Program-made: the position numbers and the translations under genes
Origin: Tubiluchus corallicola
Taxonomy: Eukaryota; Animalia; Priapulida
Direction of reading: 5' to 3'
Assembly (NCBI GenBank): GCA_030141605.1
Contig: JAQGDQ010000081.1
Coordinates: 1-64,000, forward strand
DNA length: 64,000 nucleotides
Shown here: positions 1-12,000 of the stretch, in pieces
How positions within the stretch are numbered: position 1 is the first letter of the stretch
Layout: each line of letters starts with the position of its first letter
The notes under the pieces: generated by a model
Told to the model about the DNA's origin: nothing
The model's input: only the letters and a program-made list of their open reading frames with translations
The model's database searches: none

Positions 1-184
1 CTTCTAATTTTTTATTTATTTTTTACATTAGTTCCAGTGTAATAAGCTACACTGGCAACTTCAACTACTTAGCAAAATAAATTACAATAATAAATCACTC
101 ACAGATTCTTGTAAGGCTTAATATGATTAATGTTGAATAGAATTCCTCAAAAATTCATCAAAAATGAACACTTATAAACAGCAG

Positions 185-800
185 TACTTAGAGGAAAGTC
201 AGACTGGACCCATCTTAAACTATAGCTCAAAATAATGTACACTATAAAATACTGAAAGGGAACCTGCTATTTTTAAAGAATGACTTACATGAAAGAATTG
301 TTACCATAGAATGGTAATTACATGTTTGCGCCCGTTCTTCACTGTTACATGCATTTTGCCAATTGGCAGTTCAGTGGGCATTAGTGCGTGCATCTCAGAA
401 ATGCATTGCGCAAAAAACAGGTGCTATACATCTCATTTCAGAGGTGTTCAGTTGTGAAGTAGTGCACACATTCGAAAGCTCATGAATTAGTGCAGTGGTA
501 TACTTGAAATTTCAATTTTAAACTCAAAATTTACCAGTTTTGATTATGACACTAAGTGTTGTACAGTAGTACATGTACTTCAACTTTCGCTTATGCAAAC
601 TTGCTTGTGGAGTGCTTGTGCTGTTGAAAACTACAGATTGTGATGTCATGACTAGTTGGGCTCGCCCACTGTTAATTAAGTTTTTAATAAATTATTCAGT
701 TATCAGAAACACTTTGACATTACTATAAGTCATAAAATGTATACTTTTTAGCATACTCCATAATGGGATAGGATATGAAAAATCATCACTTTTTCCTTGA
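185..800. repeat. Interspersed repeat family A, copy 1
   Basis: Aligns by eye with 7930-8470 and 27135-27510 (tatagctcaaaa, tgaaagggaac, tgacttacatgaaagaatt, ttttaaact.aaaattt, gtaggat.tgaaaa). Confidence 0.8.
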
Positions 801-1091
801 ATTATTATGGTATCTAAAACAGATAGGTACAAAATAAGGTTATTGCTGTGACTAAGCTTTTACAAATTTATTTTCTCTTCTTCATAAGTCATAATTTTAT
901 TTACCACCAACAGTTGATGTCGAAAGTCCTTTAAACAGCAAATTTGTAACTTCGGTACTAAGATAAAATGACATATGCATCATCTTTGTAGTGGTTTCTC
1001 GTTCTTTTTGATACCGTAAGTGATTGAATTATGTATCTAATAGCTGAAAAGAAAACTTGCTGTAAAAATACATACAATTAAAAACACAAAA

Positions 1092-1420
1092 CAAGTCAAC
1101 CCTCGTTAAACCGAACAAATTGGGGGGTGGTGGTGGCCCGGTTTAGCCGGTTTATCCGATATGCCTATATATGGTCTATATTATACAGGAATAATCACCT
1201 TAATAAGGCCTATATATATATTCCACTATATACTGTGCACTATATACTATACTGTATATTACTTTAAAATAGTTAACCTGTGAGGATAACAAAATTATTG
1301 TACAGTTGGTAGGCCATGTTGTGTTTAGCGCTCGGGCTCGCACGGAAATCGGTCAGTTTTCTTTACCACAGATGACGTCCGTCTTATCCGATATCCGGGC
1401 TAACAGCGTCCGGTTTAACC
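1092..1420. mobile_element. Remnant of a Tc1/pogo-type non-autonomous DNA element
   Basis: Begins agtcaaccctcgttaaaccgaac, with repeated ccggtttatccgata/ccggtttaacc subterminal motifs; right terminus missing. Confidence 0.45.
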
Positions 1421-1559
1421 ATACAGCCATACAGGTTGTAACATATTTGGTCATACAGTCTAGATTATGATGAACATTTTAATAAAAGATATTGTTCACT
1501 ATTTTCATTATTGATGCTAATAAAGATGTTAGCAGCTGTCATTTTAAAATTTTCAGATA

Positions 1560-2375
1560 TCACAAACTTGTATAGTACAATTAACTTTGATCGGTAGATC
1601 CACTAGTATTACAGAAAGATATTAAGCAATTATATAGGTAAGAGTAATGATTGGCTGATGTACAGTAATTTTATGGTTTTAAATGTGAAGTAATGTGTTG
1701 CGGTTTTGGGAATCTTAAAATAGATTGTGTTACGAATGAAACAATTCTTCATATTACAGATAGTAAAAATGATTTTGGTGTGATAAAAACGTCAGACTTG
1801 AAACTTTCCCAGCAATCGCTTTGACTCTTTAAAACAGCAAATGATTTTGGGATGATAAAGAGGCACACCATTTCTAGATGAAGAGCTTACATTTGACTTA
1901 TACACTGGCATTTCATTAAACCTCATCCAGAATACTATGTGCAGCTCAGCTCTGGAATCACCTTCATTGGCAAGACATATTGCTCATGGAAGGAGTGCAA
2001 AGCCGTGCTACAAGAATATTTGGTTGTACGAATTTCACATAATTATTTAGAAAGACTGAAGCATTGCAATTTTGACCATACTTGAATTATGAAACACCAC
2101 AGAGATCTTATTGAAGTTTATAAAATACTATCTAGGAAACAAAACATCTGCCTGAAAATTCCTTTAACTTAGCTGTTGATTAAAAAACGAGAGGACAAGG
2201 TTTAAAAATTTTAGAGAGTGGTCATGTCTTGACATTCGTAACATTCATTTACTGTGAGAGTAACAAATAGAAGACATAATTCGCTTGCCATAGTGATCAC
2301 TGCATCAACACTAGTAAAGCTTAAAACATTAAGTGACAATTATTTTGTGGAAAAATATGGGTATTCCTATGAATC
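1560..2375 (+). mobile_element. Decayed CR1-group LINE 3' RT fragment
   Basis: Frameshifted motifs DFGVI..SDLK, KPHPEYYVQ, RDLIEVYKI, TRGQGLK, SFTVRV..NSL. Confidence 0.75.
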
Positions 2376-2439
2376 TATTCATTTAACGCTTAATCACGAT
2401 AATATAAATTATAAAAGTAATGATTTTTATCTTCATACG

Positions 2440-2700
2440 CTTTTTGACTGGTGAAATGCTGATGCGTTTAAAATCTTGACACAAATCTTTAAAAACGTAT
2501 TCTCTTTGAGCCTTTGTGGTATGTAGCCTAATGCCGGAGTGTAGTAGTAACTAAAACTATATCAATAACTAATTCTAATTGTGGAACTGCTGGCAGTCCT
2601 CATCATGATCTTTTTACTAAGTTTTACTTTTAGTACACTCACATACTTTAGACGGTGAGAATAACACAGGTTAGATCGGTATGTTTTCACATTTTCAATT
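2440..2700. repeat. Interspersed repeat family B, copy 1
   Basis: ttgacacaaatcttt..ttctctttgagcc.ttgtgg..ttgtggaactgc..tacactcacatacttt shared with 8850-9250. Confidence 0.75.
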
Positions 2701-2889
2701 AATTTGTTGTTGGATGTGAAGCCAAATCAACACAATCACACACTGATACACAATACTGTCTGATTAATGTCGATACTATTTTAACGTAAGTACAATGTTT
2801 TTGCATGTGCAACGCCTGGTTGTTTCATGCATAAAACAGATCATGCCGTATGACCACGTGCTAGCACATTTCCGTTTCCGTTATTTGTC

Positions 2890-2980
2890 ACTGAACGCGT
2901 TATTGGTTGGATTTAAAACCATGATTCTAATTGGTTAGTTAAGCTCGTCGTTTAGCTGGTTCAAAATTCAGTTGTATTTA
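2890..2980 (+). promoter_or_regulatory. Candidate ASPM core promoter (inverted CCAAT x2, CHR-like sites, Inr)
   Basis: ATTGG at 2902 and 2930, TTTAAA at 2912, TTCAAA (reverse CHR) at 2960, TCAGTT initiator at 2968, possible donor aa|gtatgg at 3011. Confidence 0.5.
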
Positions 2981-3199
2981 AGTGGTGATAGCAGAGTTGG
3001 AAGTTTTTAAGTATGGTTACAAATTATTTAGTTAGCCTGAGGACGTGAAACAACTTTTTGATGTTCAAGTTATTCAGGTTGTATTGAGTAACAATAACCT
3101 TTTATGCTTCTAAAATGAAGGTTTATCTTGACTCCTAAATATCTTTCAGTAATCATGACAGTATAGCAGTATAATTAGGATTATAAATTATATTATATA

Positions 3200-3850
3200 C
3201 TGTCATGGTTAGGGGTTAAGCGAGTACACTCATAGAAACCCAATATTTTTCCGAGAAATAGCAAAATAATTGTCCAATTAGGATTTAAACTTTAGTCTTT
3301 ACTGTGGTTAGTGCGGCAGTCACCATGGCAGGCATTCATTCATTCACAACTCTCACAGAAAATGAATATTTATGAATGTCAAGACGTGACCGCTCTTTAA
3401 ACAGTTTTAAATTATGTCCTCTAGTTTTAGAATCAACAACTAAATTTAGAAATGTTTTTTTTCTAGTTAATAGTCTATAAACTTCAATAAGATCTCCACG
3501 TTGTCTTCTTAATTCAAGCATGGTCAAACTGCAATATTTTAATCTTTCCAAATATATCAGATTTGTACAATCTAATATTATTCTTGTTGGATGCCTTTGT
3601 ACACCTTAGATAGAAAAAATGTATTAAGAATCTCTGTCATAGATTTTGGATCAAAAGTAAGATGCCCGTTACTATCCTTTAGACCACCTATAGCACCTTT
3701 AACTAACTTTTTGCCGTTTACATATTTGTAAAAAGCCTTTGTATCCTGTTTAATATTATTTGCTAGATTCATGTCAGACCTACCAACAGCTTTACATACA
3801 AGAGACTTAACTTCAGATTCAGCATTTTTATATTTATTAAATACTGACAG
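3200..3850 (-). mobile_element. CR1-group LINE fragment with internal deletion
   Basis: ORFs 3578-3772 (KAFYKYVN..GGLKDSNG..EILNTFF, EN-RT linker) and 3336-3551 (RRQRGDLIEVY..TRGHNLKL..FSVRVVNE, RT C-terminus). Confidence 0.85.
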
Positions 3851-4226
3851 ACTACAGAATATATATATGGTATACGCCTACCGATATGTGATTTGATGAA
3901 TTGTATCAATTTCACGCTATAGACTAAAATGAATTTACCATGAAAGAAAATAAAATACTGGATTCACTATGAACTCAAACTTGTATAGAATAAATTATGT
4001 TTTACTAGTAGTAGAGCGATTGAGCAAAATGGTAAAAAATATCATTGAACATTTCATTACTGTATTTACTTGTGCGGGATTTCTTTTTCACAGGATGCTA
4101 GATGTCTGAATCAATATCATGTAAAGCTTATTAATTTGCAGTTGAAGGGCAATGGAGCTTTTGATGCTGACTTTGCCACAAACTTGAAGACCTACCTTTA
4201 ATAAAGTTGTTTTTTGACGTTGAAAG

Positions 4227-4302
4227 ATGGACCAACAAAAGTTGAGTGAGAAGAAGCAGTTTTCCTCTAACCCGCATGCGATGCTGTCAGACTTTGCTTC
4301 AG
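4227..4302 (+). CDS. ASPM: ASPM coding exon 1 ([10 protein letters not shown]...)
   Basis: ATG at 4227 with an in-frame upstream stop; CAG|gtaaaa donor in phase 1 fits the next exon. Confidence 0.65.
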
Positions 4303-5964
4303 GTAAAACATACGTTAAGTGTTATTAAAGCAGCATGAAAAGCAAACTATGACAGGGCGGCAAAGCCAAACTATTTTATTATAATCCTGTCCGGAAGAAC
4401 CTGACACACTGAAAATGGTTCTTCCTAATTTTTATTAGAAATGCTAAACTAGTAACAAAAAAGTGTGCGGGTACATTAAAATTTAAATAGTCACCATTTG
4501 TATTGGTGTGGTGTGCAGTGCAGTGCGACTGCTGTGTGACATGAAAGTGATGTGACACCAAACTTTATGGATCAGTAGCTGTTGTTTTCTATTCTTTTCT
4601 CTGTCACACAAAATCTGTATGTAGGTTGGCAAGAAGAGCTAAAAGCTAAATATTAGCTGTGCTTTCAGCTCTGCTTATGGTGTAGGCCTAAACCATAAAG
4701 TACTTTAGATAAAAATGTGCAGAGTGATTGCTAGGTTAGTAAGACTTTGTGACCAAAGAAATGCTTTGCTAATAAGAACCGAAAATAAAGCATTTTCAAG
4801 TGGAATTAACTTTGTGATTATTACATCATATGATAATTTAATATTTCTCAGTAAATTATTGTAAAAAAACATAAGTTTATTGTTATTTTTAGTATAAACG
4901 TTAAACTGAATGACCTTTTTAATTCTTCTTTATTTCTAGTTAACACAGCATCATACTCTCCAGTGCTTCATCTAAGTTTTTTCTCTAAAGTGCCCCGTGT
5001 ATCATTTGGAACAGTTGCAATAGGCAGCTCTTGTAGGCGACAGCTGCTTCTGAGGAATCCTGATGATGTTGGACATTATCTTACACTTGATAAGCTTCCA
5101 AACTCTAAAGGATTTTCTGTGGACAATCACAAGTTTTTTCTTGAGGCTCATCAGGAAATGTAAGTTGGTGTTTATCAGGATTTTGAGTTGTGTGGACTGT
5201 GGATCTTTAATATATGTATGTCCTACAATGCTCAAAATAATTTAGCTTGTAAAATTGTAACTCTTGTTTTTGCTTACCAAGTGAAAGTTTCACTTTTATG
5301 GGTAGTTAGAAAATTTACCATTCGGTTTTCTCAGCTCATTGCCATTTGCATGAGTTTCACAATTAGTGTGCTTTAACAATGAGGCACATTTGACATTGTC
5401 TGGGCCAGGCTTGGTTTAACAATGTAAAAACAAAAAGTAACAATCTTATATATATTGTATGACTTATATATGTATAGATTATCTCTACACACTGATTTCA
5501 GATTTTCTTTTAAAATCATTCTCGAATCTCAGAAAGTTGTTTCACGAATCAATTGGGGCCTTTGGTAATTCCTTTCATTTATTCTTTGACCGTAACCCCA
5601 TTGCTATAGAGATGACAGTATTGTTAAAAGTAATGTTCAAAATCAGCCTTTCAATTGACTAGCTGAAGTTCATCAGAAATTTAGAGCTCCGTGTGAAACA
5701 CGCTTTTCTCACACCCTTAACAATATAGTTTTTCAACCAAAGAACAGCTCTTTCTCACCACCACTCATGGGTTGCGAGAAACTGTCTCGATGTGGAGAGT
5801 TATCCGACTTGCTATTAGATTGATCTCGTAAACAGTCCCTGAAAAAGGTGTGGAAATAGGAAAACCAAGTAGTGCAGTAGTTCTTTTCAGTTTTTTGACT
5901 ATTTTCACTGAAAGAAATGACTTGTGAGACCACCTTGTGTATAAACTGTATCTATATTATATCT

Positions 5965-6006
<42 letters not shown>

Positions 6007-9000
6007 TTGTTTATTCCGCATTGTGATTTCTTTATAATACCAGCTGAAAATGTTCACACTGTTCAACAGTTATTTTTTATAGAAAAAATAATTTTAGAAA
6101 CTGTTTGTTTATACATTTTGTGAGTCATGAACTCTAGTAACATCAAGCCATATGGCTGTCCTACTAAGCTACCAAATAATGAGTTGCCAACACTTGGAAA
6201 TGTTCTACGTCTTTATCAGTTCAAAATGGAGGCCCAGGCAGAGAAGAATCCAGGACACAGATTTGTTGCCTAGCACAAGAGATTGTGGCACAAGGTGTAT
6301 TCGCTGTATATGCAAAAACACCAATTGCCACAGATAATCAGTTTCTTTCCCTTCATTGTTTTTTCTGTTTCTTCTTTTTATGTTGCACATATTGAAAAAT
6401 ATAAACAACAATTTTTTGAATTGTTTAACACTACTTGTGATAAATAACTAATAAGAAGGAGTTGGCTATTTGACCAGCCTGGAATTGATACTTAGACGTC
6501 AGTGAGCAATATAAACTGACCAAAGAGACTAAGACAAGAATCATACAGAGTTTTTGGAAGACCAGTAGTGCCATTTTTGTAAATCGCGTAAATTCGTTGA
6601 GAAAATTTTTACGGACTCAGTACATTATTTCAGAAGCTGACTACTAGTTGGCAGGCCGTCACTTTGTTTACATCAGTACATCAGTGTAACCCATGTATCA
6701 ATTGTGCGGAGTTATTTGAGTCAATTGCAGACAGTTTTTATATACTTTTGCATAGGAGCGGCCAGTACTTAGGCGTTTTTGACACAATTAGGTATCATGT
6801 ATCCTTGATAGTTGGGTATTTTAAATTATGCATGAAACAAGGTAATTGATAGTTTAAGTCCACTTAGAGGCTCTCTATGGCCACAGAATTGCAATTTCAG
6901 CCCCATCGGGGGCCTGGTCTGTTTCAGAGTTTTTTTGCAATTTGTCATTCTCATCCCTGACACTGGAAAAAAACACAATAGACATATGTTTACTATAAGT
7001 AGGCCAGTCCAGTGGTCAGTGTGTATGCTACGCATGTCTGTCTGCTTCACATGCAACGTTACTCATTTGAACACAATTGTGTTTCGATTGGTTTGTCTTG
7101 ACAGCATATAGATACAGCTCAGAACTTGTCAGAAGATACAGAACTGATGTTGTTTGAGTAACTTGTTTGGTCAGTTGTTGCAGCCAAGTTAATTTTATCT
7201 TCCATCTCAAACATAGTTTTGTGGCCGTTTTCGCGATACACTCGGTATGATTCTTGTTTTTGTGGTATGGGTGGTGTGATGTTGCAGCATGATGTGGGAG
7301 GTGTGGTGTGGTGCGGGTGGTGTGTTGTGAGCAGGGTGGTGGGTTGTTGTGTGGGTATGGTGTGGGTGGTGTGTTGTGAGTTTATGTGCAAAACTTTTTT
7401 TGCGGGGTTTGTCTACTACTTTTTATTTTATTATTATAATGCTAACAATCTGGGAAATGAAAAACCCTCTGTGCTTATTGGCAATATAGCAGTATTACTA
7501 ACTATTGAAGTGTCAGTTGCATGCAAACCCAGTTTATGTGTAGCACAATCAGTCCAAAATTTCATAGTTTTTTACATTATGCAGCTTTATGCAAATTACA
7601 TGGGAGCCTACTGCTGAAGGAAACGTGCGAGAGTCAATTTCATTCAAGTGTGATGGGACACGTAAAATCACTGCAATTGTGTTTGGATCTTGTGAGGCTC
7701 CTAAAAAGAAGGTAAACAAATTCTATATTACTACGTTGCCATTTTAGGAATTCCTGAGCAGTTTATGTACATGAACCAGCTTTACACAATATGAAATTGT
7801 TATGATGTTAGTATAAATTCTGTATAGATAATTTTAAGGTTTACGTGGCTGGTGTAATGTAGTGAAGGGTGTTTTGACATTGCACCTTTTGCTCACTATA
7901 TATTTGTTGGTTTATACGTATTGTGCATCACTAACAGAAAACCGGACCCCATCTTGCATTATAGCTCAAAACAGTCTACTTTTTAAAATATTGAAAGGGA
8001 ACGTGCTATTTTTTCAAGTGTGACTTACATGAAAGAATTATTTTCTAGTTAGGTGGGTACTAGAACCTGCATCTCAGAACTGTGTTGTACTTCTCAGTTT
8101 AGTATTATTCGTTTGTGACGTAGTACACATGTTCGAGAGCTCATGTTTGAGCAAAGCAGCAAATTTGATATTTGAATTTTAAACTTAAAATTTACTGAGC
8201 TATATCACATTGAATGTTGTATTGTAGCACTGTACTTAAATTTTTGCTCTCGCAAACATGTACAACACGCTCGTGGAATGTTTGTGCTGTTGAAAAATAT
8301 TTTCAGTTGTGGTGTCGTCTCTAGTTGGGCTCAGCCTCCGTTAATTAAGGATTTATCTACTATTCAATTACAATATCAGAAACTCTTTAGCATTATTATA
8401 GGTGTTAAAATGCATCTTTTTGTCATACATCAAAATGGGGTAGGATCTGAAAAATCCTCCTGTTTTTCTTTCATTACAGAAGGGTGTAAAGAAACCACCG
8501 GCTAATCTAAAGAAGCCATTTGCTGAAGTACAGGCTAAACTGCAGACAACAGCTAAAAATCGCAGCTCAGTAAACCGTCAGCCATTGCCTAGAAGCGGAA
8601 AGTCTGCTGAGCAGAAACTGAAGACGGCAACTTTAGTGACGGCAGAATCTATTTGGTCAGAGATGCTGTGTGAGGATAAGTATCGTCACTGGAAAAATCC
8701 GGAATTTAAACGACCGTTTCTTAAAGCTACTAGGACACGGTATCTAATTCTTTTCCAGTTTAGAATGTTTTCCAGTTTCTAAATCTTTGTTCTATTAAAA
8801 TAACTTTGATCTTGAAGTATCACTACTTAGTCACTACGGAATGTTTGTTAATATCACGAGTAATGCCGATGCATTTAAAAATAAGTTGACACAAATCTTT
8901 TCAAAAACCGAGTTCTCTTTGAGCCCTTGTGGCTTTCTAAAGCTTGGCGGAAATAGTAACATTATATTGACAACTAATTTTTATTGTGGAACTGCAAAAA

Positions 9001-12000
9001 ACGTGTTCTGTTTAAGCCCTTATGGCTCGCTGAGTGAAACATTAGCATTATATCAACAACTAATTCTTAATTTAGAACTGGTGGTAGTCCTAGTTTTATG
9101 ATAATTTTGTACACTCACATACTTTGGATCGTGAGTAGTTATATACAGCGATGGCATGGCACCAGGTTATGTACGTTTTGAATCTGATAGTTAGCGATGT
9201 GATTATACAAGCCATACCTATAGGAACCAGATCAGTATTATTTTATTTCCTATAGCTATAGCTGTGATATTCAGTTTTTCAATTGAAATCTGCATGTTGT
9301 TATGATTAATTTACGTTATTTCTTTGCAGCTACACGTTGCCAGCAGCTAGTAATTCGAAAAAAAAGCATATAAATGATAAAATAGGGTCAAATACAAAGT
9401 CTGAATCTTGTGAGCAGACACTGCCTTCGTTCAATATTACCGGCTTTGAACGCAATCTTTTGGCATCCACACCTAATGCCAATCGCTTATCGTCTACTTT
9501 CACAGTACTAGAGGATATCAAACCTACACAGGCGGTAAAAACTATTGTTCCCGTGATACGAGATGATGTCGACAAGGATGAGTCATTAGGCTGTTACCCT
9601 CTGAACTGTAAAGATGGTCCTGCAGAGCAAATGCATAGTCTGCATAGATGCATAGATGCAGAGTCTGAAGAAAAATGCTCGAAAGAAATTGTTGAAACAG
9701 TTATCAACACTGCAATAAATACAGTTTCAATTGAAAATGAAGACAAAGGTTCCACAAAATCCAAATGTTTGAATCAGCAACAATTACTGAAGAATCGTCG
9801 ACTTGGTAAATTGAAAGAGGATTTTGAGAATAGTTTAAACTTGTCTAGAGAATTAGAGGACAGTGATATGTTTTGCGATTTTAATGAGAAAGAAAATGAG
9901 AATCCAGTCATTGCTAAAACTGTATCACGAAATATTGCTAAAACCGGTTCTGTCACTTCTGAAGGTAGTATTCCATTGTACTCACCCCTTGAGGTAGAAG
10001 ATTTAGGAGTTGATGGAAAAGGTTTATCTGATTCTCGAGAAACATTTACTATCATGAAGCACGGTACAGTTCTGGCAAATGCTGATTGTGTTGGCCCTAC
10101 AGTTGTTAGCAAGGTTCCTAGATTTAGTGAAGTATACGACTCTCAAAAGACAACGGTCATCGCTAAAGAAAATGTCTGTGACCCTAGGAAGACATTGGTC
10201 ACTGCTAAAGAAGATGTCTGTGACCCTAGCAAGACATTGGTCAATGCTAAAGAAGATGTCTATGACCCTAGAAAGACAATGATCATTGCTAAAGAAGATG
10301 TCTGTGACCCTAGAAAGACTATGATCATTTGCAGAAAAGACAGTAAAACTCTGCAGTTGGATGCTGGGCGCTGCAAAAACATCGTTGAATCTGCTGCACG
10401 TATTGCTGATTCTGGTCATCTAAAAGAGTCTATTGCTGCATTAACTGAAAACAAGTCTGAACAGGCAGGTGATGATCACTTGACATTTGTCTTGGACGAA
10501 GCTGTTGGAAACAAGGCTAATACGGGGACATGGTTAGTTAGCACCGGTGAAGATAAGCTGCCTTTTCGTCTAGATATAGATAGAATCTGCACGAAAGCTG
10601 AAGACAAACATTTGTCACCAGACTGCAAAAGCGGACAAAAAGAAAACATCATCACCAAAGTTTATGAAAATGTAGACGGTCAGATGAGAAGTGGTGATTC
10701 CATGCCTTTTTGCAATCTTTCTTTGAAAGAAAAACAAATTTTGAAGACTAAGGAGATAGAAAAACATGCTTTGCTGTGTATGCCTATTTCGACACACAAT
10801 ATCGACTTTTCTAGTAAAGATAAGATAGTCAGATCTAAGGATGACCAGCCTGCTAGTGACACGGAAAGTGTAACCTCTTTTTCCAGTGCTGCTTCTGAAA
10901 ATTTTTATGACAGCTTTGACGTGCAACCAGAACTTGATCAGATTTTATCTGCTCGTAAAGCTGATGGTAACATCCACATTAATGATAATGATGATGATGT
11001 GTTACATGCCGGCTTGATGCCAAGTGGCCAGCTTACTGTCGAAGAACATAAATCTTCGAACCCAACAGCAGATGTCCATTTGTTAAACCAGAAAATGTCA
11101 GCATTGACATTGGCAGATTCGCCACCCACTGCGAGATTCTTTGATGTGACTGATGATTTTGGCGAGGCAATGAGACGTGCTTCTGTGTACGGTTCCCTTA
11201 CGAAAACCCTGTCGTCTCGTTCACGTCTTTCAAGCCAGCTTAGTGATTATTGGAGTGAACCCCATCGACGCCGCTCTCTCACTTTCACTAAAAAGGCAGC
11301 TAATGAAGTGACCATTTCTAGAGAGATTGTGTTGCCAGGTGTATTTAATGAATCGTTTACGAAAGATGAAGGTACCAAAAATATTATAGTGCCTAGTTTC
11401 AAAGAAAATTCTAGGGAGCTAGAATCTACACACAATGCAACGTCATTTCGTAAGCCATTTTTTGTGGATGAAACTTATCAATTGAAAGTCCACAAGCCAT
11501 TTGATAACACTAAAAATTTCAATGAGACCTACAGTGTTTGTCCCTCTGATCATTCGTTTTTCGTACCATTTGGAAAAAGCCAAGACAAAGGAAGGCCGCC
11601 CTTAAGCAACAGTTCTTGTACACAAGTTCTTGATGTCGACAAAGAAGAAATTAAAAAACAGCAGACGGAAAGTGCTAAAAGGAGCTTAGATTGCGAGGCT
11701 GGCAATACGAACAAGAGAAGCAAATTGGAAAAAGGAAGATATACTCAAAGGTGCCAAAAAGAATGTATGTTTGCTTATTCAATGTGTTTTATAATTATAA
11801 TCACAGAGTAACAAAGTAAATTTTTATAATCATTCTGTGTTTTAAATTTTCTCAAGTGCAAGTAATTTTTGCGTACCGTTTGATACGTGTCAAACTTTTT
11901 ATGATTGTCGTGTGATGCAACCATTCAGATTTTATGACTGAAACTATTAAAAGGATTATAGAATGCAGGTAATTTTACCATATTACAGGGGTTGCGAAAA

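Noticed and set aside
6220-6294. Possible 75-nt in-frame cassette exon in ASPM (cag|...|gtgtat)
   Set aside because: Weak donor, no similarity to the ASH domain, which it would interrupt; exons 2 and 3 already join seamlessly
10135-10329. CRISPR-like regular repeat
   Set aside because: Head-to-tail 42-nt coding units with no unique spacers, in a eukaryotic exon, no cas genes
9774-11435. Antisense ORFs overlapping ASPM exon 5
   Set aside because: Shadow ORFs of a long coding exon and its tandem repeat; no independent features
11751-11752. Donor AG|gtgcca as the end of ASPM exon 5
   Set aside because: Gives a stop in the next exon; the phase-1 donor at 11765 keeps the frame
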